From sequence record DRR378314_146: 46,033 nucleotides of DNA. One strand, given 5' to 3'. Shown here one piece after another: positions 1 through 9,520 of the stretch; within the stretch, counting starts at the first letter, position 1, and the number at the start of each line of letters is the position of its first letter. A program made the translations under genes and the position numbers. Below the pieces are notes generated by a model. It worked only from the letters and a program-made list of their open reading frames with translations, did not search any database and had not been told where the DNA came from.

Positions 1-53
1 TTCTCAGTGAAAATTTATGGGGCTACCGGGCCAGTTCTCAATGAAAACCAACA
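1..53. mobile_element. Terminal end of an IS21-family-like insertion sequence (rest lies left of the window)
   Basis: Ends ...GGGCCAGTTCTCAATGAAAACCAACA (reverse complement TGTTGGTTTTCATTGAGAACTGGCCC, TG...CA-type end). A second copy of the core (TTCTCAGTGAAAA at 1-13 vs TTCTCAATGAAAA at 35-47) matches the repeated subterminal motifs of IS21 ends. The amidohydrolase-like reading begins right after 53. Confidence 0.7.
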
Positions 54-1487
54 CTCGAACTTCCACCAGGGGCAGCACCACAAGAAATTATCGAAGCGGT
101 GGCGAACTACGCAAAGGCGCATCCAGAGCTCTCTTGTATCAAGGGTCGTGCGTGGGACATTGATGCTTTTGGTCTTGAGGGGCCGAATAAGGAACTTCTG
201 GATCATGCCGTATCTGACCGGCCGGTTTTACTCCTCGATTCCTCAGGTCACAGCCAGTGGTTGAATTCGAAAGCCCTTGAGCAGATGAACGTCAGCGCAG
301 CAACGCCTGACCCAGTGCCCAACGTGTCTGTCTTCGTGCGAGATAGTGACGGCAGTCCAACAGGGTGGGCAAAGGAAGCCGCGCTGTGGTTTCACACGGA
401 GCAATTGGATATTCCCACCAAGCTGGATGGTGAAAACCTCCTTGGGTTTCTGACCTATCTACGGGCACTTGGAGTGACCTCAGTCTATGACGCGGGAATT
501 GAACTGCTGGATGTGGCGATCCGAAACGACGAAGCTTATGAGATCCTGTCTCGGTTCGACCGAGAAGGGCGGCTGCCATTACGTTACTTTGGCAGTCTTG
601 TCGTCCACAGCCCGGTCCAACTGGCCGGTGCCATCGATGAATTTAAGCGACTTCGGGAAAGATACAGTGGCCATCGACTGAAGTTCAATTCGGTGAAACT
701 GTTTTTGGACGGTGTGAGCGAAATTGGAACGGCGCAACTTCTGGCACCCTATGAAGGGCAGCCTGACAACTACGGGCTTACGACCATCAGTCGTGAAGAG
801 CTCGATGGTTTACTTGCTGAATTGCATGCAGAACAGATCGATTTCCATGTCCATACCATTGGCGATGGCGCTGTCCGGCTTGTTCTTGATGCCGTTGAGG
901 CGCTGCGCGAACGTGTGGGTGAGCCGGCAACTCAGATCACGATGGCCCATGTCGAACTCGTTGATCCTGCGGATATACACCGGTTCAAGTCGTTGGGAAT
1001 TTACGTCAACCATACACCACATTGGAACGGTGGATATTTTCGCGGGCAGGAACGTACACTTGGCCCGGAAAGAGCCAAACGCACCAATCAACTCGCGAGC
1101 CTTATCGCAACGGGTGCAGTGGTTGCCTTGTCCAGCGACATTACCGAAGGCCCTGAGTGGGAAACCGACCGTGCCAATCCTTACTTAGGTATCCATATCG
1201 GACATAATAGACGCGAACCCGGCACCGCCCTTGACGCCGCGGCTTTCCCCCCGGTGGATGAAAAGGCAGATCTTGTCGATCTTCTCGCCGGGTACACGAT
1301 CAACGGTGCCATGCAGCTTCGTGTCGATGATGACCTAGGGTCGCTGACGGTGGGCAAGATCGCTGATTTTCAAATTCTCGACAAAGACATCTTTGAAGTA
1401 CCAGCTGATGAGATTTACAAAGTTTACCCCAAAGCCGTCTTTATGGACGGCCAGCTTGTAGCGGGATCTTTGGCAGGTGCGGAATGA
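54..1487 (+). pseudogene. Amidohydrolase 3 (YtcJ-like) family gene, 5'-truncated
   Basis: Motifs GH-S-x-W-x-NS-x-AL, VKLFLDG, HVHTIGDGAV, AHVELV, SSD, YTINGA, GSLTVGKIADF. The N-terminal PG(F/L)IDxHxH metal motif is missing, and there is an in-frame TGA at 42-44 inside the IS-like end. Confidence 0.75.
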
Positions 1488-1601
1488 AAATCGGGGCGAT
1501 AGGGCGTCGTTGCAGCGATTGGCTCACAGCTAAGATAAGCGTGGTTTAAGCGGATGATGTCTGAACCGACTTCAAAGTAGCGCGCACCCCCACTGCAAGT
1601 T

Positions 1602-1629
1602 TTCCTACATAATGTGAATTATGTAATAT
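1602..1629. other. dif-like XerC/XerD recombination site
   Basis: TTCCTACATAA-TGTGAA-TTATGTAATAT has the 11-6-11 layout; core CATAATGTgaATTATGT vs E. coli dif CATAATGTatATTATGT; intergenic. Confidence 0.7.
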
Positions 1630-1645
1630 TTCTTCATTATTCCTG

Positions 1646-1664
1646 TGATCAGAAAATCCGATCA
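1646..1664. promoter_or_regulatory. Candidate LysR binding site (TGATC-N9-GATCA, T-N11-A)
   Basis: Perfect dyad about 65-80 bp upstream of the 1729 start; a LysR gene lies in the same cluster. Confidence 0.45.
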
Positions 1665-1728
1665 AAGGATACAGAAAATGACGATTTGATTTTATACTTC
1701 TCTCCCTTCATCCTTTGATGCAGGGGAG

Positions 1729-2598
1729 ATGCAAGACATGATCAGGACCACTGTTGATCGTTCAAAGGACGTGCAGATAAACAGTCTAAGCCCCCAAGCG
1801 GCGCGGCTGAAATTTCGCACTCAGGGCTATACTGGCACAACCTCGGGCTATTGCGATGGTGCCTTGCAATGCAATCTGATCGTTTTGCCGGAACCACTTG
1901 CACAACCGTTTGAACGCTATTGTTTATCAAACCCGTTGCCTTGCCCGCTGGTCGCGCATGCGCCATCTGCCCACGGGGGGTTTGAGGCTCTCGGCAAAGG
2001 TCTGGATATTCGAACGGACCTGCCGCTTTACAATATTATCAATGGAGATAGCGTTGTTGGGCAGGTGCCTGATTTGCTGTATCACTGGCAGGCGGACCTG
2101 CATGCATTTGCGATTGGATGTTCCTTCACATTTGAACGTGCACTAATCAATGCAGGGATCGCGATACGCCATATTGAAGAACAGAAAACCGTTCCAATGT
2201 TTCGCACAGATATTGAAACGATACGCTCTGGTCCCTTTGGCGGGCCAATGGTTGTTAGTATGCGGCCCATTCAGGTGTCTGACGTCAATCGGGTGAAAGA
2301 GATCTGTCAGGCTTTCCCACATGCACATGGTGCCCCGATCCATATCGGTGACCCCGGTGAGATTGGTATCTCAGATGTCATGCATCCCGATTGGGGTGAT
2401 CCGGTTGAAGTAACGGCCGGCGAAGTGCCGGTATTCTGGGGATGTGGTGTGACCAGCCAGATGGCTGTGTTGCAGGCAAAACCCGAAATCGCCTTTAGCC
2501 ATGCACCGGGGGCAATGCTTATTACCGATTGGCCGGAAACGCCCCCTTCCGACTATGATTCCACGTTTTCACCCACCACAAATCCTACACAATTTTAA
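1729..2598 (+). CDS. UPF0317/DUF1445 putative hydro-lyase (YcsI, D-glutamate-cyclase-like)
   Basis: Motifs QCNL, NP-x-PCP, DIRTDLP-x-Y, GCSFTFE, VVSMRP, HGAPIHIG, FWGCGVT, HAPG; RBS GGGGAG. Confidence 0.85.
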   Translation: MQDMIRTTVDRSKDVQINSLSPQAARLKFRTQGYTGTTSGYCDGALQCNLIVLPEPLAQPFERYCLSNPLPCPLVAHAPSAHGGFEALGKGLDIRTDLPLYNIINGDSVVGQVPDLLYHWQADLHAFAIGCSFTFERALINAGIAIRHIEEQKTVPMFRTDIETIRSGPFGGPMVVSMRPIQVSDVNRVKEICQAFPHAHGAPIHIGDPGEIGISDVMHPDWGDPVEVTAGEVPVFWGCGVTSQMAVLQAKPEIAFSHAPGAMLITDWPETPPSDYDSTFSPTTNPTQF

Positions 2599-2615
2599 CC
2601 ATCAAGGAGTTCCTC

Positions 2616-3650
2616 ATGAAGTTCACTTCCGGACTAGCCGGGCTAGCAATTGCCCTTTCATCCACGGCGGCATATGCCGAAGAAACACTTTCCGTTGTGG
2701 GAAGCTGGAGCGGTCTGCCGCTGCACAAGCAATATGAAAATCCATTCTGGACAGAGAAATTCCCGCAAGCCAGCGGCGGCGATTTTACGGTCAACCTGAC
2801 CACACATGATCAGATGGGGATCAAAGGCGGCGATGTTTTCCGCATGTTGGGCCAAGGTGTCTTTGACGTTGGGATGACTGTTGCCGATTATGCGGTATCA
2901 GACACGCCCGCGCTTGAAGGGCTTGATGTTCCGTTGATTGCAACCGATGCGGCTTCTGCCCGCAAGATGGTAGAAGCCGCCCGCCCGATGGTGGATGATA
3001 TCTATGCGGATGTGTTCAACGCAAAAGTTCTGGGCATTGCACCCTACCCGCCGCAGGTTGTGTTTTGCAACGCTGATGTCTCGTCCATTTCGGACCTGAA
3101 GGGGCTGAAGATCCGTGCCTCTGGCCGGATGACGGGTAAGCTGCTTGAAGCACTGGGTGCAGAAGCCGTCAGCGTTAGTTTCGGCGAAGTGCCCGGCGCG
3201 TTGCAAAAAGGTGTTGTGGATTGTGCCGTCACCGGCGCGGGATCTGGCTATAGCGCTGGCTGGTGGGAGGTTTCCACCCATCTGATGCCCATCCCCCTTG
3301 GTGGCTGGGACCCCGTTGTTACTGCGATCAATCTGGACAAGTGGAACTCCCTTTCAGGGGAACAGCAGACGCTGATCCAACAACAGGTGACAGACAATCT
3401 TGAAACACCGGCATGGGAAACCGCACAGGAAGCACTGGCAAATGACGTGGCCTGTCTGACTGGCGAAGGCGATTGCCCGGGCGAGAAACGCAACATGACA
3501 CTTGTGCCGGTTTCCGATGCGGATGTTGCCACGGCGCGTGAGATCCTGATCACCAAAGTACTGCCCGATTGGGCTGAACGTTCCGGCGGAGACTGGGGCA
3601 AACGCTGGAGTGATACAGTGGGTGCCGCAACCGGCGTTTCTCTCAACTAG
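2616..3650 (+). CDS. dctP: TRAP transporter solute-binding protein
   Basis: Signal peptide (AYA|E), DLKGLKIR, LGAEAVSVSFGEVPGALQKGVVDC; followed by DctQ/DctM genes. Confidence 0.9.
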   Translation: MKFTSGLAGLAIALSSTAAYAEETLSVVGSWSGLPLHKQYENPFWTEKFPQASGGDFTVNLTTHDQMGIKGGDVFRMLGQGVFDVGMTVADYAVSDTPALEGLDVPLIATDAASARKMVEAARPMVDDIYADVFNAKVLGIAPYPPQVVFCNADVSSISDLKGLKIRASGRMTGKLLEALGAEAVSVSFGEVPGALQKGVVDCAVTGAGSGYSAGWWEVSTHLMPIPLGGWDPVVTAINLDKWNSLSGEQQTLIQQQVTDNLETPAWETAQEALANDVACLTGEGDCPGEKRNMTLVPVSDADVATAREILITKVLPDWAERSGGDWGKRWSDTVGAATGVSLN

Positions 3651-3664
3651 GTCTGGATCAAACT

Positions 3665-4198
3665 ATGCCATCCCTCATCTCTCGCCTTCATCAGCTGAAC
3701 GATTGGGTTGCGCTGGCGGCAGGATTTGTCCTGCTGGCCAGTGTCCTGTCGACCCTGTTTGATATCGTTGCCCGTCAATTCCAGATGTCTCTGGGTGGGA
3801 CAGACGAGCTTTCAGGCTATGCGATGGCCATCGCGACGAGCTGGGGGATGGCATATACCCTGACAAACAAGGCACATGTGCGCATCGATGTGATCCGCGC
3901 GCAGGCCAGTGACCGCATTCGGCCCTTGTTTGATTGCCTGTCGATCACCGCCCTTGCCGGGACGGCCCTGTTTATCGCCGTAAAAGCCTGGCCGGTTCTG
4001 GAAAAATCCATTCGCAACAACTCAACGGCCAATACCACGTTGGAAACACCGCTTTGGATACCACAATCGCTGTGGATCATCGGCTGGGCGTGGTTCGCCT
4101 TTACTGCCGTGGTGCTGACGGCCAGCGCATTCTGGTCACTCATGAAACGCGATCTTGATGCCTTTGATGCATCGGTCGGCATGGGGGAAAGCGAATGA
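3665..4198 (+). CDS. dctQ: TRAP transporter small permease
   Basis: 4 TM segments, GGTDELSGY and HVRID motifs. Confidence 0.9.
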   Translation: MPSLISRLHQLNDWVALAAGFVLLASVLSTLFDIVARQFQMSLGGTDELSGYAMAIATSWGMAYTLTNKAHVRIDVIRAQASDRIRPLFDCLSITALAGTALFIAVKAWPVLEKSIRNNSTANTTLETPLWIPQSLWIIGWAWFAFTAVVLTASAFWSLMKRDLDAFDASVGMGESE

Positions 4199-5475
4199 TC
4201 CTCTTTACCTCCACAGGGCTTTTGGCCCTTCTCGCCCTGTCAATTCCGGTAGGTATTGTTCTTTTTCTTCTGGCCTTCGGGATTGACCTGTTCTTTTCAC
4301 CTTTTCCGCTGATGCGTGGCCTTGGACAGATCGTCTGGTCCTCCTCCAACAGCGCGACATTGATTGCTATTCCGTTCTTTGTCCTGCTTGGTGAGATCCT
4401 TGTAAGAAGCGGGATTGCGCGACGGACCTATGCAGCGCTTGAGGCTTGGGTGTCCTGGTTGCCCGGTGGTTTGATCCACGCGAATATCGCAACCGCCACG
4501 CTGTTTTCGGCGACCTCCGGGTCATCGGTTGCCACGGCCGCAACCGTTGCAAGCGTGGCCATGCCTCAGGCCGAGCGGCTGGGCTATGATCAGCGGTTGT
4601 TTTCCGGGGCCATTGCCGCCGGAGGCACGCTTGGGATCATGATCCCACCGTCCATCAATCTGATCGTCTATGGCTTCCTGACTGAAACCTCCATTCCAAA
4701 GCTGTTTCTTGCAGGGCTTGTGCCGGGGCTGCTTCTTGCGCTGATGTTTATGGCGGCCACCGCAGGGATATGCAGCATCTGGCCAAAGCTTGGCGGGCCG
4801 GGCAGCAAGACGACATGGGCAAGGCGACTAAACGGTCTGTGGGATCTTATCCCGTTGTTTGGCCTGTTTGGTGTGATTGTCGGATCAATCTATGCCGGTC
4901 TTGCAACCCCTACCGAAGCGGCGGCCATCGGGGTGGCCATGGCCTTTCTGATCGCAGCATTCCACCGATCGCTGACACTGACGATGATCCTCGACAGCCT
5001 AAGAGGCGCGGTGCGCACCTCCTCGATGATCATGCTTGTGGTGATCGGGGCCTATGTGCTGAACTTTGTGCTGACGGCCTCCGGCGTCAGCGCCGCCCTG
5101 CAATCCTTCCTGTCAAACCTCGGGTTAAGCGCTTTCTCCACGCTTCTGGTCATCATCCTGATGTATCTGATCCTTGGCTTCTTCATTGAAACCCTGTCCC
5201 TCATGGTTGCGACAATCCCGATTGTCGTGCCGATTATCGTTGAACTGGGCTATGATAAACTGTGGTTCGGTATCCTGATGATCATCCTCGTCGAGATGGC
5301 TTTGATCACCCCTCCGGTTGGCCTGAATCTATATGTTGTTCAGGCCGTGCGCACCAAGGGACGCTTTATCGACGTCATGGTCGGGGTCATTCCATATGCC
5401 TTGGTCATGTTGTTTATGGTCGCCCTGCTGATCGCCTTCCCATCCATTGCACTATTTCTGCCAGAAGGGCTTTGA
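4195..5475 (+). CDS. dctM: TRAP transporter large permease
   Basis: AIPFF, SGSSVAT, GGTLGIMIPPS, TPTEAA, ITPPVGLNL; ATGA overlap with dctQ. Confidence 0.93.
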   Translation: MILFTSTGLLALLALSIPVGIVLFLLAFGIDLFFSPFPLMRGLGQIVWSSSNSATLIAIPFFVLLGEILVRSGIARRTYAALEAWVSWLPGGLIHANIATATLFSATSGSSVATAATVASVAMPQAERLGYDQRLFSGAIAAGGTLGIMIPPSINLIVYGFLTETSIPKLFLAGLVPGLLLALMFMAATAGICSIWPKLGGPGSKTTWARRLNGLWDLIPLFGLFGVIVGSIYAGLATPTEAAAIGVAMAFLIAAFHRSLTLTMILDSLRGAVRTSSMIMLVVIGAYVLNFVLTASGVSAALQSFLSNLGLSAFSTLLVIILMYLILGFFIETLSLMVATIPIVVPIIVELGYDKLWFGILMIILVEMALITPPVGLNLYVVQAVRTKGRFIDVMVGVIPYALVMLFMVALLIAFPSIALFLPEGL

Positions 5476-5478
5476 GCC

Positions 5479-6138
5479 ATGAACTTTGCTTTCAATTTCG
5501 GCGATACAAATGTGTCGCTGTCGATCACTGCTGTCATCGTGGCAGGCTGGACCGGGCGCAACCCAGACGCGGTGCAGCATCACATTGACGAATTGGCAGA
5601 GCTTGGCATCGCCCCGCCAAGTCAAGTGCCGCTGTTTTACCGCGTGTCTGACGGGCTTCTCACCCAGAGCGGTGAGATTGAGGTGCTGGGGGAAGCCACC
5701 TCCGGTGAGGTGGAACCACTGTTGATCAGATCAAATGGCAAAACCTATTTTGGTCTGGCGTCGGATCATACGGACAGGGATCTGGAGGCGTTTTCGGTTG
5801 CGGCCTCAAAACAGGCCTGTGCCAAGCCGATGGCGTCAGAGTTGTGGGATTATGATGCGATCAAGGGTCATCTCGATCAGATCATGCTGTCCTGCTGGAT
5901 GGAGAGTGATGGCGCTGAAGTGCTGTATCAAGAGGGCACGCTTGCCAATATTCGCCCCCTTGCAGAGCTATGTTCAGCGGCGGAACTGGGTGAAGGATCA
6001 GCCATGTTATGCGGCACCCTTGGCGCAATTGGCGGCGTGCGCCCGGCCCGGAAATACCGGATGACCGTGACCGACCCGGTGCTGGGGAAAACCATGAAAC
6101 TGTCCTATGCCGTGTCGACCCTGCCCATTGTATCCTAG
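5479..6138 (+). CDS. DUF2848 family protein (fumarylacetoacetate-hydrolase-like fold)
   Basis: IVAGWTGR...HHIDEL, TSGEVE, SDHTDR, SKQAC-x-KP, LYQEG, CGTL motifs. Confidence 0.8.
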   Translation: MNFAFNFGDTNVSLSITAVIVAGWTGRNPDAVQHHIDELAELGIAPPSQVPLFYRVSDGLLTQSGEIEVLGEATSGEVEPLLIRSNGKTYFGLASDHTDRDLEAFSVAASKQACAKPMASELWDYDAIKGHLDQIMLSCWMESDGAEVLYQEGTLANIRPLAELCSAAELGEGSAMLCGTLGAIGGVRPARKYRMTVTDPVLGKTMKLSYAVSTLPIVS

Positions 6139-6227
6139 GCTGGCAGATCTGATGCAGGTCAGTCGATGCTATCCAGTCAGAAGAGTCAGCGATAATGTCA
6201 GCTGATCGGAAACCGGGGAGCATCCAC

Positions 6228-7103
6228 ATGACATTGGATCAATTGACCACCTTTTTATGGGTCGCACGTTTGGGCGGTGTGCGGCGTGCCGCGCTGGAAA
6301 TGAACCTGTCCCAGCCTGCGGTTTCAGGCCGCATCGCCGCATTGGAAGAGTCGCTGGGCACGCAATTGTTTGATCGTGCGCAACGCGGGGTCAGCCTGAC
6401 AAAACAGGGTTTAATTCTGCGGGATCACGCCGAAAAAATGGCGGATCTTGTCGAGGATATCAAAGCAACAGTTGTCTCTGATCAAAGCGTGAATGCACTT
6501 TTGCGTATTGGTGTTGTTGAAACCATCGTGCAGCTTTGGTTGCCGAATTTCCTGTCGGATCTTTATGAGAAATATCCCAATATCAAGGTCGAAATCACCG
6601 TCGATCTGACCGTCAATCTGCGCCAGCAACTGTTGGAGCGCTCTTTGGACATTGCGATCCTGATGGGGCCGGTTTCCGAATATTCCGTTGATAACATCGA
6701 CCTTTCGACAATCGAACTCAGCTGGCTGAAAGCCGCCGGTACACCGGAGCCGGATCTGGCGGTCACACCGGTGGTTTCCTACAAACGCAACTCGCGACCA
6801 TATCGCGAGCTGCGGGCTGAACTAAGCGCCAGACATGGCAATAAGACGCAGATCTTTACCACCAGTTCGATTTACGCCGGGTTGGAGATGGTGGCCTCTG
6901 GCATCTGCGTCGGGACGTTTCCCTGTGAGCTGGCCACAACTTTAATCGAACAGGGACGCATTGTTGAGTTTGATCCCGGTTGGCGACTGTCCCCACTGCG
7001 CCTGACCGCATCCTATCTTGGCGAACCGAAAAACAACCTTAACGCCCAAGCCGCAAAGGTCGCCCAATTGTCGGCGGAATCCTATTGGAAGGAACAAAAG
7101 TAA
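6228..7103 (+). CDS. LysR-family transcriptional regulator
   Basis: HTH (AALEMNLSQPAVSGRIAALEESLG...LFDR); start moved to ATG 6228 behind GGGGAG. Confidence 0.9.
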   Translation: MTLDQLTTFLWVARLGGVRRAALEMNLSQPAVSGRIAALEESLGTQLFDRAQRGVSLTKQGLILRDHAEKMADLVEDIKATVVSDQSVNALLRIGVVETIVQLWLPNFLSDLYEKYPNIKVEITVDLTVNLRQQLLERSLDIAILMGPVSEYSVDNIDLSTIELSWLKAAGTPEPDLAVTPVVSYKRNSRPYRELRAELSARHGNKTQIFTTSSIYAGLEMVASGICVGTFPCELATTLIEQGRIVEFDPGWRLSPLRLTASYLGEPKNNLNAQAAKVAQLSAESYWKEQK

Positions 7104-8374
7104 TGGCTGACACCTCTCTATGGAACCGTGAGACTGTGCAGGACCGCGCCGCAAATGTCTTTGCACGTCTTGATCGGGAAGAAAGGGGAACAAAGCATGT
7201 GTTTACCCAGACCTTTGCCACTCAATGTCTAAGTACAGAGACAATGCCACAAGCCGGACCGCTGGCAGGGGCTTTGGTTTCGGTAAAAGACCTGTTTGAT
7301 GTTAAATCATTTGTGACCCGTGCGGGCACGATCTTCCTGTCAGATACCCCCCCGGCAGAGAAAGATGCAGAGGCCATTGGCCGTCTTCGGGATGCAGGCG
7401 CACTGCTGCTGGGGCATACCAATATGACCGAGCTTGCCTATTCCGGGCTGGGGCTTAATCCGCATTACAACACGCCCTGCAACGCCTTGGACCCGGACCG
7501 CATCCCCGGCGGGTCGACCTCTGGCGGTGCGGTCTCTGTTGCCCTTGGTCTGGCAGATATCGCCATTGGCACGGATACCGGCGGTTCCTGCCGTATTCCC
7601 GCGGCCTTCAACGGTATTGTCGGGTTCAAACCAACGCAATCAGCCATTTCGCGTCAAGGCTGCAAACCTTTGTCGCAAACCCTGGACAGTGTTGGCGTGA
7701 TGGCGCAATCGGTGGCAGCCTGTCGCGCCGCATTTGGAATTATGGCAAAGGAAAATGCAGATTTCGACAGGCCGGTTTCCAAGCGTTTTATCGTTCCCAC
7801 AAATTTTGGCACGCATGATCTTGAGCCGGCAATCGCCAATGCTTTTGAGGCTGCCATTGCTCGCCTGACAGCTGCGGGCCACTCGGTGTCTTATGCACCG
7901 TTAAATGTTCTGGACTTGATGGCAGAGTTTCCCGCATGGCATGTCACCTCGGTCGAATGTCGAGCGAACTATGCACAGGCTTTCGCACAATCGCCCGAGA
8001 CATTTGACCCACGTGTTTTGTCGCGCATGCACCGCGCAGAAGAACGCGGTGCCGTCGCCTATAGGGAAAGCCTGAACTTACGGGCCGCATTGATACCGCA
8101 ATTTGAAACCGAATTAGCGGATGCCACACTTCTGATGCCAACTGTTCCCATACAGGCCCCGCGGTTCAGCGAGGTCGATGAAGACGCATCTTTCAACAGT
8201 AAAAACCTGCAGGCCCTGCGCAATCCTTCCGTGGCAAATGTGATGGACGGCTGCTCGGTGTCGGTGCCCTTTTGGCACGAGGATACCTGTATCGGCGTGA
8301 TGCTGACCGCCCCTGCAAAACGGGATCTTGGCCTTTTGGCGCTCGCTGAAGGCCTTGAGCGGGTGTTCGCATAA
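7103..8374 (+). CDS. Amidase (amidase-signature family)
   Basis: VSVKDLFDV, PGGSTSGG, GTDTGGSCRIPAAFNG; TAATG overlap with the LysR gene. Confidence 0.9.
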   Translation: MADTSLWNRETVQDRAANVFARLDREERGTKHVFTQTFATQCLSTETMPQAGPLAGALVSVKDLFDVKSFVTRAGTIFLSDTPPAEKDAEAIGRLRDAGALLLGHTNMTELAYSGLGLNPHYNTPCNALDPDRIPGGSTSGGAVSVALGLADIAIGTDTGGSCRIPAAFNGIVGFKPTQSAISRQGCKPLSQTLDSVGVMAQSVAACRAAFGIMAKENADFDRPVSKRFIVPTNFGTHDLEPAIANAFEAAIARLTAAGHSVSYAPLNVLDLMAEFPAWHVTSVECRANYAQAFAQSPETFDPRVLSRMHRAEERGAVAYRESLNLRAALIPQFETELADATLLMPTVPIQAPRFSEVDEDASFNSKNLQALRNPSVANVMDGCSVSVPFWHEDTCIGVMLTAPAKRDLGLLALAEGLERVFA

Positions 8375-8455
8375 GGCTTAACCGCCGCGCCGGTCCGCAA
8401 GATTGAAGTAAACGGAAGAATTGTGTTTAGCATGAGGGATGTTCATAGATAAGAT

Positions 8456-9385
8456 ATGGACATCACCCTGATCAGAACCTTTGTCGAAGTTGCCAATACC
8501 GGTTCTTTTGTGGCCGCTTCGGATCGGTTGTTTGTCACCCAATCTGCGGTCAGCCTGCGGGTGCAGCGACTTGAGGACAGCCTTGGGCATCCCTTGTTTT
8601 TCAGATCCAAAGCCGGGGCATTGCTGACCCCTGCGGGCAAGGAATTTGAATTTTACGCCCTCAGTCTGTTGAAAATCTGGGAAGAGGCACGCCAGCAGAT
8701 CGCCATTCCCGAGGGCTTTTCCCGTTCCCTGACCATTGGCGGGCAATATTCACTTTGGCCGCGCCTCGGTTTCAAATGGATTGATGTTTTGCGCCGGGAC
8801 ATCCCCGAGCTCAGTATCCGCACCGAACTGGGCATGCCAGATCGCATCACCCGGTTTCTGGTCGAAGGGGTGGTACAGGCGGCCTTACTTTACACGCCGC
8901 AACTGCGCCCCGGTCTGGTTGTGGAAAAAGCTCTGGAGGATGAATTGGTTCTGGTGGCCTCTTATGAGGGTGCCTCTGCAGCGCAAAGTGACGGCTATGT
9001 CTTTGTTGACTGGGGCCCAGAGTTTGTGCACGCCCATGCCGCCGCCCTGCCCCATCTGACGCATTCCGGCCTGACGATGCGGCTTGGGGCGCTTGCCGCA
9101 GACTTTATTACCAATCGCCGGGCCTCGGCCTATCTACCTGCACGTGCGGTAAAGCGGCGGGTAGACGCTGGTTTATTGCATATTGTGACAGATGCGCCAC
9201 GGTTTCCCTACCCTGCATATGCCGTTTGGCGCGATGACCTTGATGGCGATCTTGGCATCGCTGCACGCGCTGCATTGTCTGAAGTTATCCAAGATGCTGA
9301 AGATGAACAAAAAACGGTTGTCGCTCTGTTAGAGGATATGTGTGAATTCGAACCTGATCAGAATGGTGCGATTACAAACGAGTAA
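8456..9385 (+). CDS. LysR-family transcriptional regulator (HdfR-like)
   Basis: MDITLIRTF...GSF-x-AASDRLFVTQSAVSLRVQRLE HTH; YVFVDWG motif. Confidence 0.9.
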   Translation: MDITLIRTFVEVANTGSFVAASDRLFVTQSAVSLRVQRLEDSLGHPLFFRSKAGALLTPAGKEFEFYALSLLKIWEEARQQIAIPEGFSRSLTIGGQYSLWPRLGFKWIDVLRRDIPELSIRTELGMPDRITRFLVEGVVQAALLYTPQLRPGLVVEKALEDELVLVASYEGASAAQSDGYVFVDWGPEFVHAHAAALPHLTHSGLTMRLGALAADFITNRRASAYLPARAVKRRVDAGLLHIVTDAPRFPYPAYAVWRDDLDGDLGIAARAALSEVIQDAEDEQKTVVALLEDMCEFEPDQNGAITNE

Positions 9386-9520
9386 TACTTGTTATATCTT
9401 CAATTTATTCGAATTTCACTCATGGTAACTGCTGATTTATATCCAATCACAGCAGAGATGCTCCCGATCTAGGGCGAAAACGCCGGATGACGGGTCACCT
9501 TGTTGGGAAAGGAATGACCC

